DNA of 64,000 bases. It comes from Aplysia californica. Lineage: Eukaryota. The notes below the pieces were generated by a model that searched no databases, was not told the origin of the DNA, and saw nothing but the letters and a program-made list of their open reading frames with translations. Position 1 is the first letter of the stretch, and each line of letters opens with the position of its first letter. Of the stretch, positions 36,761-51,000 are shown in pieces. The translations under genes and the position numbers were made by a program. The DNA is taken from the NCBI RefSeq assembly GCF_000002075.1, contig NW_004797601.1:544330-608329 (forward strand), given 5' to 3'.

Positions 36761-37558
36761 CAGTAAAACCTGTGTTAGACAGCTGCCCATTGTCAAGGAG
36801 AAAAGTGGCCATATAACACTGGTGGCTGTCTTAGGCAGGACTGTCCAAAATGAAGAAAGCAAATCATTCTCTTCTGAGGTCTAAACCGGGGCTGATCTCA
36901 GGCTTTAGACTGCCGTAAGGCTAATTCAAAAGGGTTTTTGTTTTCCTTTGAAAAAGGGGGGTGGGTGGTGTAAGAATGTTCTTTTTGTGATGTTATTGTT
37001 TCGTTTTTTGGTTTGTTTTATTTTTGTTCCTGATTTTGTGCAAGGGTAAAATAAACAAAATTTTATGTAAGACCGAGTGCCACAGTAAAACAAACACACG
37101 GGTTGACACACCTCGAAGAACGAGCAGCGCTTCTGTTGCAAGGTCACGTCAACGTCCATTGTTACTTTGTTACAGATTAGATAAACAAAACAGTGACCAG
37201 TCACCTCTCACAAGATTTGTGCATGAGTTCTGGGCGGGGCTTTTAGGTTATGATGGATCACGCTTCTCTCACAAACAGTTGCAAATTTATTGTTGGGCCT
37301 ACCCATTGGTCAGCTTGGGTAAACATTCACTGAAGAGACTAACAATATCAACAGGTGAATGAATTTATGACAAAGCGTAGGGCAATGAGGGACTACGCCT
37401 GGCCGCCTGAGGCAGGTAAATTTGACAGTGGGTTGATAATATAAGGCGGCCGCGTTGGACAGGTGACCGTTTTACACAGTTAAATTATATAGAAAAAATG
37501 CAAGGGGGAAATGGAAAGTGGCCGTTTGTACAGGTGGCCGTCACGGCTGGTTCGACTG
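36761..37558 (-). mobile_element. Tc1/mariner-type MITE family 1 (older copy) inserted into a family C fragment
   Basis: TA|CAGT...ACTG|TA ends; homologous to 17107-17923 in reverse orientation. Confidence 0.85.
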
Positions 37559-37842
37559 TAGATGTTTGATAAAAAAGGAGCAAACCACACCATAGCATCT
37601 ACCCACCCATTGGTCGAAGAGCACTAGAGGTTGTTGTGGTGAGCCTCTGTGATGCCTTCATTGCCCGCTGCTTTCATTTTTGTGTAGGTATGGTGTTATA
37701 TGGTATGGTTTCTGTTCTCCCTTCTACAGTTAGTCTAAGTCTAAAGCATGTCTCAGTGGTGAGACTTCTGCTGTGACACCCCATACTGATTTGTAATGAT
37801 AAGACTCATTTCACAAGGAGATAAGGATTACTGTAATAGTAG

Positions 37843-38198
37843 CGTTGGTGACCTAGTGGTTAGGCTCATGGACTCCAACCGTAAGGTCATGGGTTTTAAT
37901 CCCGTCGGGGGCCCAACGTTGTGTCGGTGGGGAAAGCATTTTACAAGAATTTTCCTCACATCACCCAGGTGGGAATGGGTACCCAAGGCTATAGATAAAG
38001 ATAGCGACAGATCTTGTCAGTTTGTGAGTGTTTGAGCGCTTGCAATCCTCAACTTACACTGTATGCTTCCAAGGAAGCTGAGAATGTTTTTGAGTGTTCT
38101 TGGGTCTGCTGGGGTAGTGATGGTTGCAAATTGCATAGAGCATGCTGTAGAGCCTGGATATAAGCTATTTATATATAAGTGCAATTATTAGTATTATT
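37843..38198 (+). mobile_element. SINE family D
   Basis: Homologous to 11049-11385. Confidence 0.75.
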
Positions 38199-38213
38199 GA
38201 CAGAACACTGCCA

Positions 38214-38734
38214 GGGGGCTCTCGTGGCCTAGAGGTTAAGTTGTTGGCCTCTCATTCAAAGGTCCTAGGTTCGAATCCGGGTAGCGACCGACAAATTTTC
38301 TTCTCTAAAATTGTCTCCTTTCACCTCCTTTCCTGCTCTCTAGCAATGTTCTGTTGTCTGCTTTCATTTCCACTTTCTGCCCCCACCCCTTCACCTCCTT
38401 TGCCCCCTCTTCTGGGCTCCTGACTCTTTCTACTGCTACTCCTTGGCTCCTCCTTACTGCTGTCTTTCTGCCACACCCCTGATCTTCTGGTAAGAAAGAT
38501 CTACACCTAGCCTTCTCGGACAAGGGCGAAAAATCTCGGAGGGCCCGTGTGCAAGTTGCGCACGTTAAGGATCCCTTGGTGGTCTAAAATCGATAAGAGT
38601 AGGCTTCGGCCGCCACCCGGGCAAAATTCAAAATTTCCTACCAACTGAAAATATTAGGTGTGTCCCGCGCGCTCATATTATGACCATATGCAGTTGCGAG
38701 CGCCGTAACACACTTTACAAAAACAAACAAAAAA
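38214..38734 (+). mobile_element. tRNA-derived SINE family A, full length
   Basis: A and B boxes, A-rich tail, 12-bp TSD AGAACACTGCCA (38202-38213 and 38735-38746). Confidence 0.95.
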
Positions 38735-39273
38735 AGAACACTGCCAAGAAGCAAGTAAAGTCACCATCCCCCGTCAAAAAGTAATTAAAGTCCCGATCGA
38801 TATATATTCAATGTTTTTATTGATACAGGAAAAAAGATGCACCAGTACAAAGTACTCAATCTTTTTCTGCTGATCACAAGCATCAATCTGAATAAATTAA
38901 TAGCAAAACTCTCCTTCTTCAACAAGACAACAAGACAGACTACAGCCAACTTCACATCTAATGACATTGGACTCAACAAAACCTCAGATTCAGCAAAAGA
39001 AGAAGGAATCCCTGTTCATGTATACCTCATATCGTATGAATCATTCATCGAAAAGTGTCGGACCCAACAAAGTAGTTGGACCAACAAGCAGTCTTAACTG
39101 ATATATCGCTACCCTAGAATTACTACTAGGGTTCCCTTACTACTATTACTAGTTTTCAAAAATTTGACGGACAAAATTTTGAGTTTCACAACAGTCAAGA
39201 TTTTTCGAATGCAATTCTTTGAATAACTTGATAACGACTCCGAATAATCTTATGATTTTGATAGAGCATTTAA

Positions 39274-40995
39274 CCCACTCAGTAGCATATATAACGGCCA
39301 TAGCCGGCCGCTTCCGATATAAGCCTAGTACCATTGCAGTCGTCTCCGCCTAAACGCACGCCATACAAAAGCATGCTCCCCTCAAACGCACGCTTTCGTT
39401 ATCTGACGGGTTTTTTTACTATATAATTTAGACGTACAAACGCACGGTCACTTCCTCTAAACGCACGCTCCGGTCTGCGAAACACGCCGACAAGTAAAGC
39501 TTGGCAAGGGGAAATTTTCACCACAACCTGCACAGCCTGCATAAGACAAGACTAGAATTTTTTAAATTTACTAGAAAACCGGATTTTTGGTGAGGGCGCC
39601 CTCATGCCGTACAAAGAGAGTGATGGACAGCGTTTACACACCCTACTTTCCACTGACGCGCCTGGTCTCGGTCTAGGGCTGGTCGGTGAAATGTTTTTTG
39701 ATTGGTCACTGGAAATGTATCTTTGAGAGAAGGTGTTTGAGTGACTGCATGTAATGTTTAATTAAATTTAGGCTTGCTGCGCGACACGCGCGAATGCTGT
39801 AAAACACTTGACAGGCCTCTATAGGATTTTAAAGATTAGCCAAGTAAGCCTAATCAGATGTACTCGAAGAACTTATCACAAGAGAAAGTGTTTCACTGGG
39901 ATGATTCTGCATGAATTTACGGCCGGGGGTGGTTGCTTGGAAAGCCACGTGGCTGGTCCATCGTCTCTATGACTATGACAAACAGTTTCCTCATAGCATA
40001 GTCATAGGCTATCTGTTCCCGTCGTTTACAGTGCATATTCATTACTTTGAGTTTGTCTTTCTCCCCCCCCCCCTCCCCCCATTCAACGCCTTTGTATTCT
40101 TAACCCCTGTCGGGGAATCCTTCACAAAACAGTCATGTGTCGTCACATTATCTGCCAAAATGACCCCCTCCCTCCAAGGGAGGTCACTAGAGTAATAAGG
40201 AATTGAGATGACTGCGTCCCTTCCTCCCCTTGCAAAGGTTCATGTAAACGCACGCTCCGTATAAACACACGTTATGGAGCCCTCCCGAGCACCGTGCGCT
40301 TAGGCGGAGACTACTGTACGGCCAAGACCGGCCGCGTGCTAGTAGTGTTGTTTCTAGTGAAGTGTACACACTTGGTAACCATCGTATAGATTTAACCCGC
40401 ATTTCGACCAATCAGAAAATAGATATAATCATTCTCTCCTTGAGAGCAGCAGGGACATAACTCTGGAAATTTTAGTTGGACTAAATTCAATGTAAACAAA
40501 CTGCAGTTCACACAGGTCGCAAGCTAAGATCGAGCGTTCTTCGCAGCCGCCCGCATCGCGTTCAGACCGATTGGCGAATTTTTGAATAATTTTAATAAAA
40601 ATATCAGTGCTGGAGGAGAAAACCCACAGAATGGTAGCAATAGAAGTGAAAGTGACATTGATGGTGATCTAACTGTGTCTTTGGAGGGGGATTCGGAAAA
40701 TGAGAATGAGGTCAATGAGGAGCATATGACTAGATCTAGATATCTAGATCTACGACTCCGCTGATTTTATTTTCAATTATGAAATACAGTCAACACTCAC
40801 AGTAAACAAGTAATTTTTAAATTAAAATTTATGCTTTTGTGAAGAAGTTGTTTCACGATTTTTTTTGATCAATGGATTGGTTATTTTATAATAATGATTT
40901 AAAAAAAATACCCACTACATCATAAACATTGATTTATTCCCCTTTGCATGGTCCTGAGCCATCTTCCTACAGGAAATCCAGTGGTACTGAGTGGG
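39274..40995 (+). mobile_element. piggyBac-like non-autonomous element
   Basis: TTAA|CCCACTCAGTA ... TACTGAGTGGG|TTAA. Confidence 0.88.
39337..40316 (+). mobile_element. Tc1/mariner-type MITE family 3 nested in the piggyBac-like element
   Basis: TIR CAGT(C/A)GTCTCCGCCTAA; partial reverse copy at 51504-52050. Confidence 0.82.
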
Positions 40996-41135
40996 TTAAG
41001 TTTCTGACCTCATGGTCTTAGTAACTCAAAATGGCCAAAAATGTCAAGATAAAACTTTGTAATTCTGAGGTAGCGATGTGCCTTTGTGCTTCTGCTCCTC
41101 CAGCAAAACTTCTCACTTCATACATCCATTGGACG

Positions 41136-41345
41136 TGTCTGTGGTGTAGTGATTAGGCACTTCACTGTCGCACTCGCATTCAGGAGACCCAAGTTTGATT
41201 CCCAAGTGGGGAGAGCTTTTATCAAGTATCTCGTTCTTTCTGTTGAGATATTGTAGGCTACATCGCTCAGGATGGGTTGGCCCTGACAGGCAGGGTGTCC
41301 GCTTCCTACATGATCTAAACTGTGTCAATGGCTTAAAAACACAGT
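41136..41345 (+). mobile_element. Old tRNA-derived SINE family E
   Basis: GTGGTGTAG head, GGCCCTGACAGGCAGGGT core; relatives near 54090-54300 and 59655-59850. Confidence 0.6.
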
Positions 41346-41958
41346 CATTAAAAGCAAAAAAAAAGTTAATATAAATTTAAACTTCCGCCGGTCCTTGTGG
41401 ATAGCTGGATTTGACACAGATCAGACACATAGCTGGTTCTGAGGAAATCTGTTGGAAGTTTCAAATTTTCAAAAGTGGCCTTTTGGTTTGCTTATGGGAA
41501 AAGATGCAGCTTTGTTAGGCATTTTACACATTAATTGGGGGCTATTGAGACATTAAAAAAAGTGATAGCACTTCAAAGGGCACTGGAGTTCAAAGGACAT
41601 GTTTTGAGAAAACTGCTTTAAAAATTTTCAAGGATGAGGCTGCATATAAAGTGTCAAACGAAAAATGTGAAGTCCTTCAGTCATTTTTTTTTTACTAAAG
41701 TGCTCTGGCTTTCCGAGACAAGACAGAAAAATTCTCTTTTGTTTGGTATGTTAAAAAAATCGAGTTGAAGGGCTCGAACTCAAATGTAAAGATGGCGGAT
41801 TCCCATGACAACTGGTGCCCATCAGACCAAGTAAAACATCAGTTTGGAATATGTTCAATGTCTTACTGGTTTCCTCAGAGCCCTGGTTGATATGAAGAGG
41901 AAAATTCAGCCCTTGAGCTTCATGATGAAGAAATTCAGAGACATGGAGGTTGGAGGTA

Positions 41959-42019
41959 TCAGATGGGAAGCCACTCTTGTTTTGGTATGTCCAACACAAC
42001 GTCCATATCCGGGGTACAC
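41959..42019 (-). CDS. C20orf96: C20orf96 exon 11 (CTPDMDVVLDIPKQEWLPI*)
   Basis: cctcag acceptor, conserved C-terminal motif. Confidence 0.9.
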
Positions 42020-45000
42020 CTGAGGAAAACAACGAAATACATCAAAAATATAAACAGTCTAGATTGCACATACAGAACATGAACATAGCAAAACATGCAT
42101 ATACTGCACAGATTTTCAGGTACCAAATTTTTTTCGTATACATGGTTGTACAGTGGAATCCTGTTAAAACGAGAAGGAGGCGACCGAAGCAAAATGTCCG
42201 TTATAGCAGGATTTTTGCTATAACTACTATAAGGGATCCAGTAAAAAATTCAAGGGAAACTGTAAAGTAGGCCTAATCTATGAGTTTGGTGTTCTGTTTA
42301 TTTCCTTTCGCTATCTGCCCTGATGATGATTTTGTTTCAACATGACCTCTAGCGCTGGATCTAGCGATGTTGACTGACCAGAGCTGTTAAAGTACTTTTA
42401 AAAAGGTACTTAGGTACAAATTTAAGTACAATCTAAAATATGTACTTAAGTACAGTAAAAGTACTTTCCTGTAAAATGTACTTGAGTACAAGTACTTTTA
42501 AAAAAAGTACTTATGAGTACATTTTGAGTACTTTCTGCTATTATGCTAAAACACTTCAGTGCTAATGCAAAACATACAGTCCATGCCGGCTTTAAGCACG
42601 GTCATTGGGAGAAAGCATAAGCGTGCTTAAATCCGAAGCGTGCTTGAGTGCGAAGTAGACATAATCCAGAGATTTTCAGGTAGAAAATTTCGCATGCTAT
42701 TTCCCTTTGTTTGTAAGTAGGCCTATAGCGGTCCAGCAAAAGTGTGCACTGTTACATTTACCTACCATGGTAGTTTTTGTTTGCTTGTTTGTTTTTGTTT
42801 TGTGGTCGAATGGGAAATGAAAACTTAATTTAGACGGCCAGTCACGATACAGCACACTAGGCCTACACGTTGCCTGTGCGTACCACTGCCCGCTATGCCA
42901 CATTCATACCACCGCCTTCATCCCACTTCGCGCGTGATACACAATCAGGATTAATGGATAGCAAGGGTCAAAGGTGAAATCGCAGCCAACCGCCCTTTTT
43001 CGTCTCCCTGACTCTCTTTTTATTTTTTAGTCTGTGCGTAACTTTGCCCTAGGCTAGATCCTATGTCCACGTGCGCGGCTGTGTGCATCTCTCTGCCTTC
43101 CTCTCCGCCCGTGTGAGTGTGTGTCTCCATCACTTGCGTTCTCTGTGTTTCTCTTAACACACTCCACTGCTGCAGTGTAGACTGTGTTCGAACTTTGATG
43201 GGTCATCATAAAAGTATTGACTGTCTTGTAATGAATCGTGCCTGAAGCCAAAGTTACCGTGCTTAAAGGCGTGTAATTTATATAGCAAAAATTTGGTAAG
43301 AGCCGTTTAGCGTGCTTGAGTCCGAAACGTGCTTTAAGCTGGCGTGCTTATAGCCGGCACGGACTGTATTAAATAACATATCCCGTATATTTGACAAATT
43401 AGGCCATTTATTACTAAAAATATAAAAAGTATACAAAGCATTTGAATATACGCACTGAACGTAGATGGAAAAGGTCAGTTAAATTAAAAAAACAAACAAA
43501 CAAAAAGATGCAACTAGAGAGTAAGTGATATTATGAATACAACTTGTTTGAGCAAGACAATTTGATCAAATGTAAGTCAGTCCAAGAGGTCAGAAAGTAG
43601 GAAAAGTATCCAAATTGGAAAACCTAGAGTCAAAGTTGCTCTTAAAAAAACATAGAACTGATTAAAATGGCCAGCAAAGAAATGGAAAAGTGCCTTGAAT
43701 TCTTCATTAACAAATCCTCAAGGAATCAAGGTAGCCTTAAAGCACAAACCACAAAAAAGTTTAAAAAAAATTGAGATAGCCTAAAAAATTGTTAAATATA
43801 CATTGAGAACTCAGTTTCAGTTTCAATTTATTATAACAGTGGTAAGACAGATTTTGGTCACACTGTGTAGTCCACGGCGCCCACGGCAAACCAAAATACA
43901 TGTAGTTTCCTAGAGTCTAGTAAGTGTGTAACCAAAGATTCTCTACTACAGTAGTCTCCGCCTAAGATCCCAGTGCTCAGGAGCAAAGGAGCCGACGAAG
44001 CCAAGGAAGAATCTACAGTGACCCATGAACTGACATGACCCCAGGGTGGTTTATGACATTTGGCGAGCAAAGAGTGGTCAACTTTGATGACCAATCACAC
44101 TCACAGTAGCCTATCGTGAGTCTCGAGATCTTTCTATGTTTATCCAGTTGCCCCTCCCCTTTACCTGTCCAAATATTTTAGCCTTTCATCTCTGATTGAG
44201 TCCCCCCATCTTTGTCATTACGCACCATTACGTTGTGACCACAGAAATTAAAATTCAGGCTGTCTCGCAAATTCGGGAATAGAGAAAAAACTGCCTTCAA
44301 TGGCCAGGGAAGAGTTCACAGTTCGATGTGATCCTGCCTGGAGCAAACTTGTAGGCCCTACCCACCCAGGGAGCGATGTAAATTTAGTTGGCGAGCTCAG
44401 GCGAGTGCGATGGTTGGGGAAAAGAAACGCATCGGTCAGTTCACACCTCGGTGTGATCCCGTCTGGGGCAAACATTGTACCATTTCATGGAGTTTTACAA
44501 CGCTTGTGACCACATTCACGAGAGTGGCTGATCTTTGACACGACGGGCTGTTCTTTGATCTCAATTTTAACTCTTGGTTGATCGGCTGTGACCGCCCGAG
44601 TATTTGTTCCCTAAATTATGATCGGAAACGCCGGCACTTACCCTTTCATTAAGCTTCAAAAGTACTCAAAATGTACTTAAAAAATACTCAAAAGTACGTT
44701 TATAAAAAGTATCGGAGTACAGTAAAAGTACTGATTCTCAAAATGTACCGGAGTACTGTAAAAGTACAGAAAATTGTAACGTAAGTACAAGTACCGGAGT
44801 ACTTGTACTATGTTACAACCAGCTCTGTGACTGACATCTCTGCGTTGACGATCAGAAAGAAAGGGCTCTGGGCTAACTCACTCGCTGTGTTTTCCCCTAC
44901 CCCACCATACCCTGTGGTGCATTTCGTCAGCTTGTGCACGTCACACATTCACTCCATCCATCAAGTGAGAGGCATGGTAGGCCTTGATAATCTAAACTAA

Positions 45001-48000
45001 GCTTACGCTGGTCTATCACGCGATGCGTTCTGCTTGTCTGCGCATGCCACACCCTCCCTACTCAGTCGCTCCGGCCTTCATTATTGACACATACGGGCTC
45101 TCCCTTTTTTTGTATCGCTAGATCACCAACTAGTTTCTCAACAGGCGAGGTTTTACATTATGTATAATTGGCCCATGCACTGCGCAAAGCAGCAGCAATA
45201 TTCCGCTATAACCGACCCGCGTGTTTGTCTGATTGCGCTATAGCAGTATTTTATTTACAAAGGTAAAGAAGAGAAAAAAAACGCATTTTAGAATAGTGTC
45301 TTTATAACAGACTTCTCGTTTTTTCCGGACTCGTTATAAGTGGACTCCACTGTATATTCTCTGTACAGTTGAGCATAGATAACTCAAACACATCAGGGGT
45401 TGACACATTCATAATTTCGGCAAATCAATTATAACAAAATAATAAAGTGGTATCACACAGGCAATGTCAAATTGTAAGGGCTATAGGCCTACATGATTTT
45501 TAAGTTTTCCGTGTTCATGTTATCTGTGCCTGACTATTTATTCAAAATACATACATAACCAAATTTGAGTGTTCACAACAAAAAGATTTCGCTGTGTATG
45601 TACTAGATGGTATGACAGCAATATCAACCACTCACAATAGGCTTTGACCACAAAGCTCAGCAGACACTACATCCCTACTTAGCACAACCTCTGCTAACCT
45701 AAGGCTCATGTTGACTCAATAATTTCTAAAAGTGTCGCATATGTTGTCGACATCCAAAAACACCATATTTTGAATTGGTAGAAAAACATGCATACATTGT
45801 AGACATAACAACACATGCATATATATAATATATATACAGCTGAACCTGCCCTGACGGCCACCTCTATAAGACAGTCACTTGTACAAATGGCCACTTTCCA
45901 TTTCCCCCCTTGCGTTTTTTCTATATAATTTAACTGTGTAAAACGGGCACCTGTCCAACGCGGCCGCGGCCACCTTATTTTAACACACAGCCCCTATCAC
46001 ACTAAGCAATAACACCTGTCTTAGACGGCCACCTTAGTGACTCCATTACGTTTTGTCATAAATCGTGCATTGACCTCTGGCGTTGTGGGCGAGCCGCCAT
46101 AATCCAATCACTTGTCGTTGTTGTTTGGTAGTCCCTCCAACCGATCATGTTGCGTAGGCCCCTCCCACTGTTGACCAATAGGTAGGCCTACTAATTTTCA
46201 GCTGCAGGTGGGGAAAGCGTGTGATACCTCATAACCCCTCAGCCCCACCCAGAACTCATACACAATTCGTAAGTGAGATGAGTGGTCACTGTTTACCCAG
46301 TTGTAACAAAGTAACAATGAACAATGGACGTCAACATGAACTTGCGACAGAAGCGTCGCTCGCTCTCCGAGTGGTAGCGACCCATGAGTTTGTTTTAACA
46401 TGGCACTGGGTCTTCCTCGTCTGATACATCTCATTGTATTGTCACCCTGGCGCAAAATCAGCAACAAAATAAAAATAACAAACAAAATACAAACCAACAA
46501 AAACAAAAACAACAACAACGAGGCTATTTCGATTGGGACTTCAGATAGGAATGGTTTGTTTTCTTCATCTTGATCAGTCCTGCCTAAGACGGCCACCTGT
46601 CTTAAACGGCCACTTTTCTCCTTGACAATGGGTGGCCNNNNNNNNNNNNNNNNNNNNNNNNNNNNNNNNNNNNNNNNNNNNNNNNNNNNNNNNNNNNNNN
46701 NNNNNNNNNNNNNNNNNNNNNNNNNNNNNNNNNNNNNNNNNNNNNNNNNNNNNNNNNNNNNNNNNNNNNNNNNNNNNNNNNNTTGTCATTTTTCATGATA
46801 TAGCAGGCTTCTCCATGTATTGAATAATAATATTCTTAAAAACTTTGCCACCCTACAATGTTATTATTCAGTCTAGCATGCACATCGCCGAGAGCTTTTC
46901 AGGTTCTGAATTTGTTCATATAGATGTTTAGCCCTACTTTGTATTCAAAATACATACATAGCTGAGTTCATACAACATAACAAAAAGACATCCATGTCCA
47001 GCTGATGTTGCTATGTGCATGCTAGACTGTTGTAATAACCACGAAGATCAAATTATCACAAAGAAGGTTAGGCACTCACTTTCCTCTATTGGGGAAGAAC
47101 TCCGGAAACATCTGGAGCCTGATATTAGACTTGGGGTCTCTGAGCAGCCGTTGAATCTCCTCTTCCAAAACTTCATTGCTTCGGGCCAGCTCTTCCTGTC
47201 CGAGTTTGTGAAAGTCGATTTCCTGGCAGGACAAACAGCAAACACCCAACACTTCATTCAAGTCACTTCATAAATATACTCATCATCATCATCATGTTTA
47301 ATTGTAGAAAAAAAATCATACTTAATCAAATTGTTTATCATGATCATCATTATCATCATTGCACCAACATCGTCATCATGATCATCATCATCGTGATCAT
47401 CATCATCATCCTCATCACCATCATCATCCTTCCTCACCTTGTACCGGAGTATGCCACCAAGTGGGTGGGTGGAGGGCGCCACTGGTAGGTCCTCCTACTT
47501 CTTTACTTTCCCTCTGTTGTTTCTATCGGTCTGTCTGTCTTACTTTTACCCAGCACTAAATGACTATTGTATTGATGTGCTTCTCTAGGTTCTCTTTACT
47601 CAAACAAACAAGCCACCAACAAGAGCTCTCCATCTACTTCTGTCCTGGGCTATAGACTATAGCCTCATGCCAGATCGTTTTCTGTGCTGTAGTATTTAGA
47701 CTCTGCATTTGCACACAGAAGATGTGAGTTCAATTTCTACATAACATAACATTTTTCTTTCAATCTGGCCCACATCGAGTACCTGGCTGATTATCAAAAT
47801 TTGTAATAAAAATGTCATGAGAAGTAAAATTTTCTGGTAATCATTCAGAATGTATGCCTGTAGTGAGCCCCATCTTTTTCCAGGAATTCCAGTTGTAATT
47901 TATTTTAAAAGGCTGTTGTACATTGAAAGTTATTTTACAAATAAAAATAAAAGCAAACCTTTTTCATGACCAGATTCTGAAGTGCCATGTCTTTTAAGCT

Positions 48001-51000
48001 TGGGTGCATCATGGCGACAGCTTCCTGAAAAAAGGATTTCTTGTTCGTCAATGCAATTTCTCATAGACAGAGATAAGGTGTCATAAATCAATCTTAAATC
48101 TAGTCTAATACTTTTGAGGACTCTCTGTTAGTGTCAGTTCATGCTGAACAATTCAGCAGATGGCCTTGGTTCGAATGCCCGGCTGGGGGTTTTGAACCTA
48201 GGTCGTTTTGTGGAGTTTTCAAAGCTCTCAACCCATTTGGCTCTGTCCTATTGGAGAAAGATGTTAAATTTGGAGGTCCCGCCTTTTAAATAACGAGCGT
48301 TAAACCCATACAACTACTTAATTTTTTGTTGTTGGTAGAACGGAGGTCCAATGTATATTTATCATTATGGTGATTTAGTCATGAAGTAAACACAACAGGT
48401 TGATTACGTTTATCTTGGTTTACATAACATAACTATTAGCATACATGATTAAGCCGCTNNNNNNNNNNNNNNNNNNNNNNNNNNNNNNNNNNNNNNNNNN
48501 NNNNNNNNNNNNNNNNNNNNNNNNNNNNNNNNNNNNNNNNNNNNNNNNNNNNNNNNNNNNNNNNNNNNNNNNNNNNNNNNNNNNNNNNNNNNNNGGTTCT
48601 ATGCACCCCGCATAATTTAGCAAAATTTGATCATTTTTTGCACAATTTCTGAATATTTTCCTTTATCATTCTAAGTTAAAAATTAATTTCACATTTTTGG
48701 GCTCAGTTTGAGTAATTATAATTTCAGAATTTTTCTTGCCTAAAACGACGGGGACAGCTGTACTCTCTCTTCCACTCTCACTCTTTATCTCTCTCTCAGT
48801 CTCCCTCTTACTGTCTGTCTTCATCATTTAGATCACGTCTATCAATCTATCTATCTATCCATCCATCCATCCATCCATCAATCTATCCATCTATCTATAC
48901 CTCCATCCATTTATCTATCCATCTATCTTTCGGGAGCTGTAATTCATCGCTCGTGCGCTAGTGGGGCTGCCAATACTGAAAATGCCTTGCCTCTGATGGT
49001 TGCCAGAGAGATTCTCTCTAACAACCACCTTGTCTCCAGTGGGTCACCTGTGACGTTTGTTCACCGACGACCAACTTTCTTTAAGTTACTTCTTAACTTA
49101 CTTACACATTTGGAAGATATTCACAAAAATTAGTTGACGACGACAACGCATTATGCAAACCCTTTTCACTGATCCCTTGAAGAGTCAATCAAATGGGTAA
49201 TTTTGTATGTATACAATTACAAAAGAAGTTCATTGCAAAATGAGACGAAATTCATTTCTGCTTATTTCAGAAAACATTTTTTTTTTTGAAGTGCCAAGTA
49301 TTAATCTGTGTAAATTACTTGTTTTTTTCATGTCATGATAAAACCACAGGGCATTCAAGCTGAAATTTTAGTCAGTACGGTATCTCACCAGTGAGAATAA
49401 TTTCTACTTTAGTTTAGTTCAATTAGAGTTTTGTGACGCTCGGAATTACACAAGGTCATATGAAAACTTTTCTAACTTATACATGTTGAACCTGCTCTCC
49501 AAGCCACTAAGCCAAGACAATTTTCTGTTATTTTCACTAAAAGAACAATTATTATTCCAACCATTTGTTTTCTGTTTAACCCCATACTATTATTTGTGTT
49601 TATTTAATGTGACAACTGTCTTATTGTTTGTAAATGCAACTGCGTGAATTTTCAGGTATTTTCACTAAGTCCTAGTGGCATCCCTGCTTTCATATTGCTG
49701 TAAATTGTGTTTGATGGGCGCGAAACATATTTTGATAATGTTTACAGCAAAATGAGAAAGCCCTCAGGCAAAGCCATGAGTCTTGTTGGCAGACCATCAT
49801 ATGCAGAGATGAACTGTACTGGAGACTTTTTTTTTTTTTGGTGTAAAGTGTTTTACGGCGCTCGCAACTGCATAGGTCATATGAGCGCGCGGGACACTCC
49901 TAATATTTTCAGTTGGTAGGAAATTTTGAATTTTGCCCGGGTGGTGGCCGAAGCCTACTCTTATCGATTTTAGACCACCAAGGGATCTTTAACGTGCGCA
50001 ACTTGCACACGGGCCCTCCGAGATTTTTCGCCCTTGTCCGAGAAGGCTAGGTGTAGATCTTTCCTACCAGAAGATCAGGGGTGTGGCAGAAAGACAGCAG
50101 TAAGGAGGAACCAAGGAGTAACATTAGAAAGGCTGCAGAAAGAGTCAGGAGCCCAGAGGAGGGGGCAAAGGAGGTGAGGGGGTGGGGGGCAGAAAGTGGA
50201 AATGAAAGCAGACAACAGAACATTGCTAGAGAGCAGGAAAGGAGGTGAAAGGAGACAATTTTAGAGAAGAAAATTTTTTGGTCGCTACCCGGATTCGAAC
50301 CCGGGACCTTTGAATGAGAGGCCAACACCTTAACCTCTGGGCCACGAGAGCCCCCCTACTGGAGACTGTCTTGAGATTTGAGCATACAATCTAGTTACAA
50401 GGCAAATATTCCATCCTATAGAAATATAGACCACAAAGACAAACTGATCTCCTCACCTCTGTAACTTGGCGAGTGATATCGTTTGTCAGTCGTATTCTCT
50501 CTTTGTCGTACTTCCCTAGCTCTGTGTTGATGATGTGTTCCAGCTCCTCTTGATCCTCCTGCCGGGCAAACAGAAAATTTGTTATTGAAGTACAGCTTAC
50601 ATTAAAATTGAAAAATTCGGATGAACGATTTGAAATTAAAGGCACTTTTACTTTTAGTGAAGGTACAACTTTAATATGATGGAAGCAGTGAAAAAAACCC
50701 ATCTCCTGCTGCACAACAATGCTCCAGCGCACAGAGTGATGAAGGTAACTCAGACAGCGAAGCAGTGAGGCTACAAAGTTCTCCCCCCCCCCCCCCCCCC
50801 ACCCTATTCACCCTCTGACTTTTTACTCTAACCTTTTCCAAAATCTGAAAAAAATTCTAAAAGGAGAGTGTTTCCATAGCAATGAAGAAGCAACATTTGC
50901 TGTGGAGGAAGAATTTGAGTCTCATCCAAGGTCATACAATTACAATGCTCACTGACTTTTAATTTTAAAGGTCAAACAAAAATGGCAAAACTGTGTCAAT

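Larger units (their letters stand above)
42151..45352. mobile_element. Tc1/mariner(pogo)-type MITE, outer layer of a nest
   Basis: TA|CAGTGGAATCC..TTAAAACGAG ... CTCGTTATAA..GGACTCCACTG|TA. Confidence 0.75.

Noticed and set aside
38214-38290. tRNA gene (also at 25029 and 50356)
   Set aside because: tRNA-like head continues into a SINE body with tail and TSD; acceptor stem does not close.
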